Shown here piece by piece: positions 1 through 13,417 of a stretch of 64,000 nucleotides of DNA. The number at the start of each line of letters is the position of its first letter. Position 1 is the first letter of the stretch. The DNA lies in assembly GCF_009914755.1 (NCBI RefSeq), contig NC_060926.1. The stretch is one strand, 5' to 3'. The position numbers were made by a program, and so were the translations under genes. Source of the stretch: the human T2T-CHM13v2.0 reference genome, Homo sapiens. The notes under the pieces were generated by a model. The model searched no databases and was not told the DNA's origin. It saw only the letters and a list, made by a program, of their open reading frames with translations.

Positions 1-928
1 TGAAATAGAGAAAATAGTCTATTTTGATTGGATACAGTGAACAGCTGCTATTCACCTATTCTCACAACAACAACAACAAAATGCAAACAAATAAATAAAC
101 TTCTTGGGCTCAAAATGAGAAAAAAAGAAAGACAAATAGCTGATAATAGCTATTTGAAATCTTAAAGTCAAATTTATCCCTGGAAAAAAACCAAACAAAC
201 ATAGCTTGACTACACATGTAGGTTGAAAAGCTGTGTTGCGTGTTGACAAAGTTGTATCCCATTTTCTCAGTGGCATTGGAGAGAAGAATGAAGACAAAGA
301 GATGGAAGAATGGCAATATCTTTTTCCTCATCTGCCCACAGAAAGGGTGGTGATGATAGGCTAGATGGGGACAAGAAGCAATGATGGTTTTGCCAGAACT
401 CAGGTGTAGACAGAAATGAGTGACATAAGATATGTGATTTCTTGGGCACTCATTGAGCTCACTGTAAAACAGTGACAGAATAAATGCTTATTGCTAAACA
501 GCACTTTTCAAGCATATACTTGAATGTAAACCTCAAGATTTTCCTTGAGAAAATTTTCCTGAAGAAAAGTCTCATTCAGAAACATAATATAAATATATTA
601 AACTTATAAGAGAAGACCCCCCTGAGTGGAGCTGGGCCAAATGGCTGGCCCTGCTGTGCCTTTCTAGAGTACAATATTAAATCTACTGTTGCAGATTCAC
701 CAAAACACGGGACAGACACATTTTTTTCCCCCAAAATTATTTTCCCAACATATTCCTTTCTTTCAGTCACTGCTGACAAACTGATCTTTCTAAAACATAG
801 TCTTGAATACACAGTATCTTGCAATGGATTATGTATTATCCCAGCTTTCTCACCTCCACATCCATTGCAGAGGATACCCAGCCAGGCCACTAGTGCTTCT
901 GCTTACCTCTCTAGTTCCCATGTGCTCT

Positions 929-1460
929 CTGTGTCGGAGTAGATGCTTTAGCTACAATGAAAGGAAACCCTATTCAGGGTGGCTTCAGTAATGAGCAAAC
1001 TGTTCCCAGCTTACAGTTAGAGCAAGTCAAAGCAGAGAAGGAAGAATGGCTTGAAGATAACATCAAGGGGCTTAATTCTCTCATCTCTCTGTTCCATCAA
1101 CCTATGGCTGTTTCTTCTGGTGTTCTAAAGATGGCTGACAAAGAGAACTGTGGCTTCTCTTGCTCAGCTCTACCAAGAGAGGAGAGGGTTGGAAAGGAGA
1201 GGGGAGCAGCGGGGAGGTGCGGGAAGGAAATTGAGGAGAGACAGAGAGCCAAGAAAGAGGGATACAGCCAGTCTATAATCCTGGAAAATAAGTCCTCATT
1301 GGCCCAATCACAGAACCATCAACAATTGGCAAGAGAAGACCAAAAGTCAGCTAGCAGAGGAGAGGAAAGGAACATTCTGTGAGTGCATCCATGATTCCAA
1401 CTCTACCAAAGTTTGTCCCACAACCCCCCATCTGGTGATCTGTTAGCATAATCCACACTC
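929..1460 (-). mobile_element. Old MaLR LTR remnant (MLT1J/K/L-like)
   Basis: Starts TGTGTCGGAGTAGATGCTTTAGCTACAATGAAAGGAAACCCTATTCAGGGTGGCTTCAGTAA, resembling the reverse-strand end of old MLT1 LTRs. CATTGGCCCAATCACAGAACCATCAAC near 1300 also fits. Very diverged; the right boundary is approximate. Confidence 0.4.
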
Positions 1461-2819
1461 AACTGCCAAAAGTAAGTATTCAGAGGCTGAACACTGAACC
1501 TGAACAGCAGCTCTGGCAGCAGAGTCTGGATGTTTTGTTTGTTTGTTTGTCTTAGGTAGGGGGCTTTTTTTGAGAGTATGTTGAATGTTGTTCAAAAGAA
1601 TGTGTTTTAATGTCATACCCAAGAGATGCAAGTATGCAATATATCAATGTGTTTATTTCTCCCTCTCTTCTTGGAAACCTTGAAAGAAAGAGTGTACTGA
1701 TACTTTGAATTTTGATCCTTCCGGAATAGGCTGAGGAATCTCTAGAAAGTAGAATTGTTTTACACTAAAATACTAGCCCACATCCAGGACATCACACGTA
1801 CAATCAAAACACTCCAAGTTGTCAGTTGCTTTAGCAGATTGATGGCTCTAAAGACCTCCCATACACTAAAAACCTGAAGTTCCCTGATAGAGGTTTAGTT
1901 AAGAGATGTCTTCCTTCCCATCTTGCTTATTGAATTTGAAAACTTCTTAGCTTTTTCTGTCAGGGAAGCTACAGAAAAGAGAATTGTTATAGGAATGAGT
2001 TAAAAGAAAAGAGTGAAAAAAGATAAATGTAAATGAACTTTTTCAGCTCGAAACACTGGCAAAGACTAAATATACTTTCACTGAAAGACTGTAAGGGAGG
2101 ATTTTTTAAATAAGATTTCTAGCCTCGGAATATTTCTAACCACAATATAACACTGTTACAGTAGACTAATACTTTTCTTTCAGTAAGAGAAAAGAAATAA
2201 TTCAAAGCTTTCCAAGTTTGTTTACACAGTAATGATAAAACTGTTCATCATTTTTTCATTAAAAAGTGAATTACCAGTGCATTCTGCTATTAGGGTCAAT
2301 TCAAGTCGAATTTGTGAAGAAGATAGAATTTCTTATGGTCACTGTCATTGTTTTAGACACCTCCAAATATAGTACCAAATCATCCAAGAACCTCACTGCA
2401 GAAAATCATAGAGATCTCAAGACTTTCTCAAACTCCTTCAATAAAATGAAACTTTGTGTGTTTGTGTGTGTGCAAGCTTTCTTCTGGGTGACTATATTTG
2501 TTTAGAGATTACACTCAATTATAAATATATTATTAAATAACAATTTCTAAAACTATTATCATAAGACTTGGGTAATACATTGTCTTTCTGATAAAATGTC
2601 TTAATTAAGACAAAATATAGAATTTCTCGAATGGTCCTCCAACATAACTTTTACAATGGACATTTTAGAAAACTTCTAGTAAGGAAGTAGAAAAAATTCT
2701 TTGGTAGGCATATTCCTATACGTTTCCTACATATTAATCCAGTTTACTGAAGATTCCAAGATTGTCATTCTTAATTCATTTTTATATTTGTTACCCAAAT
2801 AGCTGTTTTGAATATTCAA

Positions 2820-2965
2820 AAGAGTTCTAGATTTGGGGTCTCTTTAGTCTCATACTGGGTGCAAGATTTTGGCCAAATTATTTAAACTTTTAAATTTCAC
2901 ATTTCCTCTGTAAATGGAATTACTGACCCCAGGTGTGTCTTACTTTATGGATAATGTAAGAGAGC
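2820..2965 (+). mobile_element. MIR SINE fragment
   Basis: GATTTTGGCCAAATTATTTAAACTTTTAAATTTCACATTTCCTCTGTAAATGGAAT matches the MIR core (GACCTTGGGCAAGTTACTTAACCTCTCTGTGCCTCAGTTTCCTCATCTGTAAAATGG). Confidence 0.6.
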
Positions 2966-3100
2966 ACAGGGAGCAAATTCAAATACAAACATACCTATAG
3001 GGGCTAAGCAGTGACCAGTACATGTAAAGAAGTTTGAGTCAGAGTAGCATTAAGGAAAGAGATGTTAGACACAAATTAGGATATTTTGAGAAAGAGTTCA

Positions 3101-4095
3101 TGTGGTAGCCATCCTCCGAGGTTGCCTTTAATGATCTTTACCTGGTGGTATTCATATCCTTGTATATTCACCTCCTATATTGACCAGGGTTGTCCAGTGA
3201 AGCCAGTAGGATCCTGTGGATATGACACTGTAACTTTTGAGGCTAGATCATAAATGACATCATGTCTTCTATCTTGCCCTCTCTTAGGTCACTCACTTTG
3301 GGGAAACCAACTGCCATGTTGTAAGAATACTCAGACTAGCCTATGGAGAGTTCCATGTGGCAAGGGCTAAGCCCTCCCAACAACAGGCAGCATGAACTTG
3401 CCGGCTGTGTGAGTAAGCCAACCTGCAAGCAGATCCTCCAGCTCTAATCAAGTCTTCAGATGACTACAGTTGCTGCCAACATCTTGACTGCTACCTCATG
3501 AGATACCCTGAGCCAGGACTACCTGTCAAGAACTCTGGAGGGTCTATGATTTTACTGTAATTGCCAGCTAATATGTTAGCCTGCCCTATATTTATGGATT
3601 ATAGCAGAAGACACAAGATTCCTGGGTCAGAGCCAAATAAGTTTTTATTCACAGCAGTAACAATAGCCAGAGAGTTAGCATGTTCTCACACATGTTCAAA
3701 TCCCACTTCCCATAGGCACCACAGAGGACCAGGTGACACCTCGTACAATGAATTGCATTATAAGAGAGGAATCTTGAGCCTAGGAAACCTAAATATTTTA
3801 TACTGGACAGTAAAGATGGCTATCCTTGGTTCAGGTAAGAGATCTTATAGCTATCTTCCAAGGCAGATCACTATACAAATATCTTTGAAAAGATAGCCTT
3901 GAATAAAGGTCATCAGTGTCTTGGTTCTCAATACATGTAGAAATGTGAGGGATTCATGGAGAGTCCTCTCTCAACCTTACACAGCTAAGCCACTCCTAAA
4001 TTCCTGACCCACAGAAAATTGTGAGATAATTGTTCATCTGTTTTGAACTCAGAAGTTTTAAGGTAATTTGTTACATAGTAATAGATAACTAATAT
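3101..4095 (+). mobile_element. MLT1 (MLT1E/F-like) solo LTR, split by a nested LTR at 3524-3976
   Basis: Starts TGTGGTAG and contains CAGATCCTCCAGCTCTAATCAAGTCTTCAGATGACTACAG. Resumes at CAGCTAAGCCACTCCTAAATTCCTGACCCACAGAAAATTGTGAGATAAT and ends GTAATTTGTTACATAGTAATAGATAACTAATA, the typical MLT1 terminus. Confidence 0.85.
3524..3976 (-). mobile_element. ERV(L)-type solo LTR nested in MLT1 (family not assigned)
   Basis: About 450 bp starting TGTCAAGAACT and ending TCTCTCAACC. It interrupts the MLT1 GAGCCAGAACCACC/CAGCTAAGCC motif exactly, with degenerate 5-bp flanks CTACC/TTACA. TTTATT near 3644 is a minus-strand poly(A) signal. Confidence 0.7.
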
Positions 4096-4139
4096 GGTTT
4101 ATCTACAAAAAAAGAAAAAACTAAGTATTAATAGAAAAC

Positions 4140-4521
4140 AGTAATTATTAAATAATGGCTAATTGGTAAGGAGTATGCAGTGAACCTCGGACTAGCAGCA
4201 GTAGCAGTACTAGCACATGGAGGACTGAAGAGATTAGGGGAGGAAAAGTTTACTGAAAACAGGAAGGAGCAAGAATCACATAGAAGAAGCCACCACTTGA
4301 GATGAGGCAATCTTCAGTTAAGGCTGGTGATTTCACATGGGGTTCATCCAGGAAAATAAATATCCTAACTACTCTTCATTGCTTTTTACTTCTCCACTGG
4401 CTGAAAGCAAATGGAAATCAAAAGAATGGAAGCTTTGTTGATGTCATTCATGCAGATACACTTCCCAGGTAGAGAAGGACGGAAAGTGAATGTAGGGAAG
4501 CAAATAGGGAATATCTGTCAC
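4140..4521. mobile_element. Old ERVL LTR (LTR33-like) remnant
   Basis: The end GGAAAGTGAATGTAGGGAAGCAAATAGGGAATATCTGTCACA resembles the LTR33-family terminus as recalled. Left boundary approximate. Confidence 0.45.
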
Positions 4522-5295
4522 AACCTGGCAAATAAAAGAGCTCATGCATGCCTCTTCTAAAAGAAACAGTTTCTACTCAGAAGTAAATGATTATATTGCT
4601 ATTGGGTTATTTAGCTGGAAATACAGAAATTGGAGAGGCATCAAAGTAGGGGGTGGGAGAGGGCCTTAAACAAAAGGGAGAAATAAATTACTTACTGCAT
4701 GGAGACTCCTTCCTCAAGGGTCATCAGTAGAAGGCATTACTGACTGAACTCATTTCATTCAAGCCCAACAATGCTTCCCATGGCCAGGTATTCTTCCCAA
4801 GTGTCAATGTCAAATGTGGAGACATTTGATTCTCTGAACCCAAATTTCTGACCGTTTCAAACCACTGTGCCTAGCCGAGACTTGTAGGTAATTGAAATTC
4901 ATTTGCATATTGTGATTGGATTCTGGATCCCAAAACTCAGCTTGAGATAGAGGAAAAAGTACTTTGCCAATTATCACATAGAAAGCAAAATAAAGTGGGA
5001 CACTATGAACCCTTTTTATAAAAAGACGATTTATCAATTTGAAAGCCTTTATAAGTAATCAAAAATCTCATGATTTCTAGCAATTCAACCATACTGGATT
5101 TTTACATAGAGTTTGACTCTAACCTAGATTTAATTTCCATCCATCATTTACACTCAGGGCCAGACATAGAGAAACAGATTTTGATATATTTACTAAAACT
5201 TAAATACAAAGCAGATATCACAAACTTCTCTATGAAACAAATATACTGTATTATCATTTGGAACAAAAGTTTCAGGGAAAAAAACTACTTCCGTC

Positions 5296-5621
<326 letters not shown>

Positions 5622-6606
5622 ACTTCTATCTTTTTCAGAAGTTAAAACAATACGAAATTTTATCTATAAAAAGGTGATAATACTTTTAATGTAAAAATGG
5701 GGTTCAACCTATCATTAAAGCATTAGCACATTTAGATAATATTACTTAAGGAGATATTAACTAACAATTCATAGAATAAATGATTAATGTATTAAGAGTC
5801 AAATAATTATAAAAAGGGAAAGATAATAATTTCAATTAACTAAGCTCTTGGTTAGACTATATGTTGTTATAGACTTTCTAGAATGCCCGTTGGGAGTAAA
5901 CAGCAAGAAATTTTTAAGAGTTCACTTAATTTTATGTCAGAATTTCAATTTTAAAGACATAATCTGAGATTTGAGAAGAGAACTGTACATAGAAAAATGA
6001 ACCTCAAAGAACTATTTTACATTACCAAAAGTATTTGGAAACATCTCCAGGCTTAGCTACAAATTAATATATCCAAATCTCATGTCATAATTTTGAATGT
6101 TAATTGGCTATTAAATGAGAATCAAATAGATTTTTATAATTTTGAAGTGTTCTCACAATATGATAAAAGCAAAACAGACAATATTATAGACAGTGTGATT
6201 GCAAGCATATTAAATATTCATGTATATGTGACTAAAAGTAAATATGCTATAATGTAAATATTAATTGAGGATATATTTGCATGGAGGGATTATAAATGAT
6301 ATTTTATTATTTATAGTTGCTATATTTCCCAATCTTTCTAGTAAATATGAACACCATTAGCTTTTAAAATGTTCTTTATCCTTATTTTAAAAGTCCAAAT
6401 GAGCAAATATTGGCCAACTGAACAACATAAATGCACACTAAAATACCTTTTATCTACTGTCAAAACAACATTCTCCTAACCTTCCATTAATAAGGGGGCT
6501 TATAATATAAATTACTGAGTACTTTTTTATGACTCTAGTACCAAAAGTCATCAATCCTATCTGTAGCTTTTCACAACACACAATAGAATATATATATTGA
6601 ATTCAA

Positions 6607-6686
6607 GCCAAGTGATTACTAACTGGTGTTTTAGAGTGAGAATTCACGCCAAGTGACTGCTAACTGATATTTCAGAGTAAAAATTC
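6607..6686. repeat. Old tandem duplication, 41-bp period x2
   Basis: GCCAAGTGATTACTAACTGGTGTTTTAGAGTGAGAATTC versus GCCAAGTGACTGCTAACTGATATTTCAGAGTAAAAATTC; 7 mismatches in 39 nt. Confidence 0.85.
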
Positions 6687-7897
6687 TGGGAATTCAGAGT
6701 GATAGCTTCACTACTTGTTCTTTTTCACCCCATGAGCACATTGGTGTTTAAAGTCCTAAGTATAAATTGAGGATATGTAATCACACAAAAGTATGTGGGC
6801 ACAGCACTGTGTCTTTACTGTCCTTGGGGGGAAAAAGACAATAGAGAAATATGTTTGTGCTATAACCATTCTTCTCTACATCTCTTGTTTTGCTGATAAA
6901 ATGAAAGTGGAAGGATATTTTCATTTAATTTCAGACACATAATGAAACGTGAAGGTTTCAGATTCCTTCACTTTATTGGTGTTTAATAACTTTAATTTTT
7001 ATAGATCTCAAACACTGCTTATAGTAAACTTTTCATGTCATTCTACAATAACTATTTGAAAGTGTTCATTTCAATTATCTAGGGGATATTTCCTGTTCTG
7101 TTTATTTTATCTACTAACTAATACCACAAGGCACAGTTTGGTCATCTCTTGCCTGAATTGTTTCAGTAGGCTCTTACTGTTACCATGGTCTCATTCCCTC
7201 CTCTCTTTCATCCATTTGCCTCATTGACTTCAAAGTTACCTACAGAAAAACAAATGTAAACAAAAATAAAACATAAGTTATGTACTTCATAATTCCTTAG
7301 CACACATTCACAATCTGACCTTCTTTCCTTTACCTGTGTGTGCATGTATATTCATACCATCACAAATTTACTTCTTCTCTTCTTTCATATTCCACCTGGA
7401 ATCTCATGAACTCTGACTGTATCTTCAGTGTTGTACTTATTTAATAGTTCATTCTGCCATTTTATTCCTTCCTTATTCTGTTTTGTCCCTTAGATTGCAG
7501 ATAGTTGAGGTACATTTTCTTCAGTTCTCTAAATCTGCAGGATTTTCCCCAGTGATTTCATTACCTGTTGGATGAACAAAAGGCCTACCAAACTCAAAAT
7601 TTTACTTCAAATATATATATTGATCATTGCCTCTGTGATGTTTCATTTGTCTGAAACCTTGGTTCCAGGAGAGTTAGTTACTTCTTCATTGTTATATACC
7701 AATGTGGTATATATGAGGCTCTCATCTTTTCCCATAATCTCGTTGCTCCATCAACTCCTTCAGAGACTATCTAATTATGACTTTATGAAAAAAGACTAGT
7801 TCTTGGATATTTTCAAAATAATTTTGATGTACCAGTTTTTTTAAAAAGTTAATTGAAAAATAATTAGTTTTTTCATAACTTTATCTTTTTAAAAAAA

Positions 7898-8064
7898 TTT
7901 TTATTTCCATAGGTTTTGGGGGAACAGGTGGTTTTCGGTTACATAAGTAAGTTCTTTAGTGGTGATTTGTGAGATTTTAGTGCACCCGTCACCTAAGCAT
8001 TATACACAGAACCCAGTTTGTAGTCTTTTATCTCTCATCTCCCTCCCACCCTTTCCCCTGAGTC
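7898..8064 (-). mobile_element. L1PB-type 3'-end fragment (~170 bp)
   Basis: TTTATTTCCATAGGTTTTGGGGGAACAGGTGGTTTTCGGTTACATAAGTAAGTTCTTTAGTGGTGATTTGTGAGATTTT is the reverse-strand 3' end characteristic of L1PB. Confidence 0.85.
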
Positions 8065-8084
8065 TTCTTTCTCCCAGTAAATAA

Positions 8085-8520
8085 TTATGGTACAACTCCA
8101 ATGTTCCAAGCATTCCTCTAGGTACCAGAGGTATAGCAATGACCATGTCAGACACAGTCTTTGCCATGATGGATTTCTCAGGTTAGCAGCAAAAGCAGAC
8201 ATGATAGAAAGATTTACAGAAAGAATTCTGTAATTGGAATTCTTGGAATTGTAGTAAGTGCTAAGAAAAAAATGCATTCTTTCTGGTAAGGTTTATTTGG
8301 AAAACCTACCAATTCTGGGTAGTTAGAAGAGGCATTCAAAAGAAGCTCATATTTAAACTGAGATTTGTGAAATTAGCAACAATTGACACAATAAAAATTA
8401 AGCAGGAATTATTCTACCTAGAAAGAACACCATATGCAAAGGCCCTGAGCTTGGATACGACATGAAGTAACTGAACGCCAATGTGTCTAGAGTACAAAAA
8501 CGGAAAAGAATTTATCCAAG
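8085..8520 (-). mobile_element. L2 LINE 3' fragment
   Basis: AATGTTCCAAGCATTCCTCTAGGTACCAGAGGTATAGCAATG and AGAAAGAACACCATATGCAAAGGCCCTGAG match the reverse L2 3' region. Confidence 0.7.
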
Positions 8521-8840
8521 AAACATAGGTTACAATATTTCCCTGATAGTTCCTCAATTACTTATGTTGATGAGGAAGAATCGATTAAGTAAGACAACAA
8601 TAGCTGTGGCTTGGTGAATACTTTGCAGCCAACTTCTACTTCCACAAAGTGACAAATGAGAACAGAGACTTCAGATAGGATACCTCTGCACTGTCACATT
8701 TTTTATCAACCCTGTGCAAAATCATTGAACTAGAAGTGGGTGAGAGTGGCTTTCAAATAAAATACATTCATCTTGATTCAGAAAACCTTATTACTAGACT
8801 CTTTATAAGGAGCCTATAGCAATATAAGTGAAGTCCCCCC

Positions 8841-9139
8841 TTTTTTTTTTTTTGAGATGGAGTCTTGTTCTGTCTCCCAGGCTGGAGTGCAGTGGCGCGA
8901 TCTCAGCTTACTGCAACCTCTGCCTCCCGGGCCGGGTTCAAGCGATTCTGCTGCCTCAGCCTCCCGAGTAGCTGGAATTACAGGCTCATGCCAGTACACC
9001 AGGCTAATATTTGTATTTTTAGTAGACATGGGGTTTCACCATGTTGGCCAAGCTGGTTTCGAACTCCTGACCTCAGGTGATCGCCTGCTTCGGCCTCCCA
9101 AAGTGCTGGGATTACAGACGTGAGCCACCGCCCTCAGCC
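8841..9139 (-). mobile_element. AluS (Sx/Sz-like)
   Basis: Full reverse Alu containing CCTGACCTCAGGTGATC. Flanks GTGAAGTCCC / GTAAAGTCCC form the TSD; a 5-bp CCGGG duplication lies near 8930. Confidence 0.95.
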
Positions 9140-9658
9140 GTAAAGTCCCTTACATGAACATTTAAGTTATTTTGATTAGAAATAGAAACAGTAGAAGGAA
9201 GAAACACAAAAATCAGGGAATTATGAGATGCAGAATTATAAGAGATAGAGAAGAAACAGTGACAAAATAAAAAAATTCAAGGAAGGATTCCAGCCACTAT
9301 GGGAATAAGATTGTTATTCAAACTAAATTAAAAAAATTTTTTTTCAATATGCTTCCTAGTGAGCATTTAATTCTTTTACCTTATTTACAAATTCCAGAGT
9401 TGTTTATAATAATTTTTTAAAAACTTTATAAGTATATTAATGAGTTTTGCAAAATATTGTGTGAAGGAAAAGGCCTTTAGAAACATAACAGAAAAGTGTC
9501 AGTCATCAAAGAATCTCACCAATACAGAATGCTTTGTTAATATGAGTGATCCAAAGGCAAACAGAAGACACTTTGTTTTACATATAGGAAGGATGCTTTT
9601 TGAAAGATATGGCTGTTTTTCAATTGAAGAACCCTCTGGTTTACAATTTTCCACTTAG

Positions 9659-10018
<360 letters not shown>

Positions 10019-10536
10019 TGATCTTTTCTTTTAAAGTCAGAATATTTTGTTTTTTTTAAGGAGAAGAAATCTATTTAAGATGAAGTAATACTGGCTCTCT
10101 ATTAAAAAGCATTTTGCTAACACTGCAGATAAAATTATTCTACCAACATTGTCTTTAAAATGTTTACAGCAATATTTAATATATGTATTTTGAGGTTTCA
10201 TAAAAATTGCAGATTAGTGAAAATTCAAATTGAAAGTGATAACCAGCATCCTTCTCTAGGGCAGAGAGGTCTGAAAGAGGACAGAGACATTCAGCTCTGG
10301 AGGTGGGCCTCCTGGGATTTCCTTAGCTCACAGGCAACTCCAGGCAAATTTAAATAAATTGGGGTTTAGACACCCAGATAAATGGCCAGATTACTGCTAA
10401 TTAGTGGACTATGCAAAGAGCAACCAACAATATGGTTATGTGATCTTTGTTCACCTCTCTTTTTCTAAGACCTTGCGTACATTCCTGGGCAGAAAAAACA
10501 GATGCAGAGGATAGGCCATGGAAATTCAGGCTTGTT

Positions 10537-10700
10537 GAAGAGAGAGAAGAGAAGAAGAAAGGGAAAGTGAAAAGAGAAAAAAGAAGGAATAGAAAGAAGG
10601 AGTGGTGGGATGAATAAATTATGGCTGGAAGGACAATGATGAAATATAGCCATGAGGAAGATAGGAAAATGAAGAGAGGAAAGTGTATGGAAATGAAATA
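10537..10700. repeat. GA-rich low-complexity polypurine tract
   Basis: GAAGAGAGAGAAGAGAAGAAGAAAGGGAAAGTGAAAAGAGAAAAAAGAAGGAATAGAAAGAAGGAG; this accounts for the F/S/L-rich minus-strand ORFs here. Confidence 0.7.
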
Positions 10701-12289
10701 TAGCTGTTGAATCAGAAGTTCAATTAAATATATTTCAATGAATAGTCTCCTATTGTCTTCTAGCTCTGAATTAGTCAAATCCACAGTAATTTGACTAATG
10801 GAATAAGGTAGAAAAGCGGTTTGGTAAAGTTTTGTACATTTTTAACATAACATTACTTCTGGAGGCAGCATGTAAGGGAAGCAACATGTTTATAATATTC
10901 AAAAATAATACAATTCAAATTTGCTTATATCATTTTAAAATACTCTATTTTCTCAAAAATTATGCTTGCACTAGGAATAGACAAAGTAATGTCATGTCTC
11001 CATACCTCTGCCTTCTAAGATTCTTTCTCCCTATGCTATCATCTATTGAGCCTATCATTTTAAAACATGTATATCTTAGGATCTGGCTGTCTCTTCCAAT
11101 TACATTTTTAAAATATTTATTTAAGAATATATTTTTGTCTCAAGTGTTAATTATGGATTCTATATTTCTATGGAAATAATTGTTTCTGAGGTCTGTGACA
11201 TAAATGAAATTCTTTTCTTTTTGAGTTGAAATGAATCAGCAGTTAGAGAAAAACAACCCAGGTTCAAACCACAAATGTAGACTTCAATTTCTCAATTTTT
11301 TTTTTTTTACTACACTCTGAGGCATGTCTCCCTGCTATGTATATTTAAAAGACAATGTGGGTTGTATTTTATTTCATTTCTAAAATTTCTAAGAAAACCT
11401 GAAACAATTTACAACTTGCTACATTATAATAAGTATGTGAGTCAAGTTCAGTATCCTCTTAGCTTCCACCCACCCTCATCAACTTCCAGATGCACATTCC
11501 ACTTCCCAAGCTGCTCCACGGCCTCTATTATGTGTTCCCTATAATTTAATATCTATTGTACACTGGTTAGACACTGTTTGACACAAATATCTATACATAG
11601 TCTAGAGAAGAGACCACAAAATTCAGGGTCAAGCTGCTAATACTACTAAGTACTACTAATTACTTTGAATATAAAGGTCTTAATTCTGGATTCCAATTCA
11701 TTGCCAAAATGAATTTATTCTGGGAACGACGTCTCAAAGATATTTGAATAGCATTGCAGTTATGTGAACTGCCCTGAAGTCCACTGGAGTCACATATTTT
11801 TAATTTATTTCTCAAAAATATAAATGTAAAATTCAATATGCTGATGTGTTTAAATAAATAAATAAATAAGTATACACATATACAATTCAATATACATTTA
11901 AAATCACTTCTGAAAAAGACATGATTTTGATGGTTGCAGAATACATTTTTCCTGCAACTTACACATATTCAATCATTATAAATAATTTTCATTCTAGGAC
12001 AGAGTGTGCTTTGTCTTGTAACAGTTATTGCTAATTTTATTCCTCACATCCCATTCATTAAATATCATTTGTGGCATCAAACGCTAGGTATTTTAGGGAA
12101 TGTAAAATAGGCTATTTTAATCTTTGAGAATTACATAAAGTAATAGGGCAAACAAGATATCTGGGAGCAATTTTGGCTATAATATGTATTCATCCAATTA
12201 TATTTATTCAATTATGTCCATCTTTTATATGCTATAAGATACTGAGGACAGATACAGAGATAGGTAACATTTACTAAATGTTACTGTGA

Positions 12290-12500
12290 ATGTGTGTCAC
12301 ATGAATTAGCCACCAAGTTCTCACAAATAAAAATAAGACAGGTACTAATTTATCTTTTTTTTTTTTTTTTTTTTTTTTTTTGCAGTTCAGGAAATGAGAC
12401 ACAAAGTGGTGAAGTTCCTGTGCCCAAGCCACATAGACAGTAAGTTGTGGCACTGGCAAAGTCTTTTCTAAAACTGACACCTTTAGCCATTGTATGTTGC
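12290..12500 (-). mobile_element. MIR with an expanded T27 tract
   Basis: GGTACTAATTTATC(T)27GCAGTTCAGGAAATGAGACACAAAGTGGTGAAGTTCCTGTGCCCAAGCCACATAGACAGTAAGTTGTGGCA is the reverse MIR core. Confidence 0.8.
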
Positions 12501-13196
12501 TGTCCCTCAAATGCAAACAAAGGAGCAATCCCTTCCTTCACATTTAAAACCAAGCTGAGATGCCGTACCTGCAGATTTAACCACATTTATACATACTGGA
12601 GATAAGAAGAGAACAATTTCAGAGCAGTATAAAAACAACCCTATTAAAGAATGATATATAGTATAGATAGTCCATGGATTCCTTTAGAACTTGAAAACTC
12701 TTCTGGCAGTAAAAACTTGAATATAAGTGAAACATCTAAATGTGTAATTCAGGAGGACAAAACTCTCCTCAAAAATCCGATAAAGAAAGATTATGTCCAG
12801 GATGCTCCCTCAGATGACCAACAGAGCCAGCTGGGATTTGACCTGGCAGAGAAAAATTCTTGGGCTTAAAATGAATATGTAAGTTCACCAAACTAGCTAA
12901 GTCTAGTTCTTACCTTGTTAAACCTCTGAGTTGTTTCTTAATGGCAAAATTTCTCATGATTCCAGGACTTATACACTACTCACTAGTGATATATAAATGC
13001 ATAAATAATGAAAAGTTTGGAGAGCAACATGTTAAACTTAGTGTCTTCAATAAGCATTTAATTTGATTCACTAATAGAGTCATTACCTGTTAATTGAACA
13101 CTACTATTAGGTATATACAAGATATGACTTAATTATGTCACTTAAAATAATTATGTTAAGGACACATATTAGTGGATTCGCTATTGAGTTATGCAA

Positions 13197-13417
13197 AAGT
13201 TAAGCCTTTTACTTTTTGAGGGAAAGGAAGATTAAATGATCTCTGATCATGACTCCTTTTATGCATTGGAACCTTTCATAAACAGTTAATATTAATGCAT
13301 CCTGAGACCAAGGCCATTTGCAATACAACTGTTTCTGAAAGTTTCCAGTACAGAAAAGGAGTCATGATCTGAGATTATTTAATCTTCCTCTCCCCCAAAA
13401 AGTCAAATGCTTAACTT
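13197..13417. repeat. Long inverted repeat: 91-bp arms, 39-bp spacer
   Basis: 13197-13287 against the reverse complement of 13327-13417 gives 80/91 identity with no gaps (hand alignment). Confidence 0.95.

Noticed and set aside
957-1382. 141-aa ORF
   Set aside because: Purine-rich low-complexity sequence in a probable MLT1 remnant; no recognisable domain or splice context.
10770-10799. 11-bp inverted repeat ATTAGTCAAAT/ATTTGACTAAT
   Set aside because: Short and AT-rich; about one such hit is expected by chance in a window this size.
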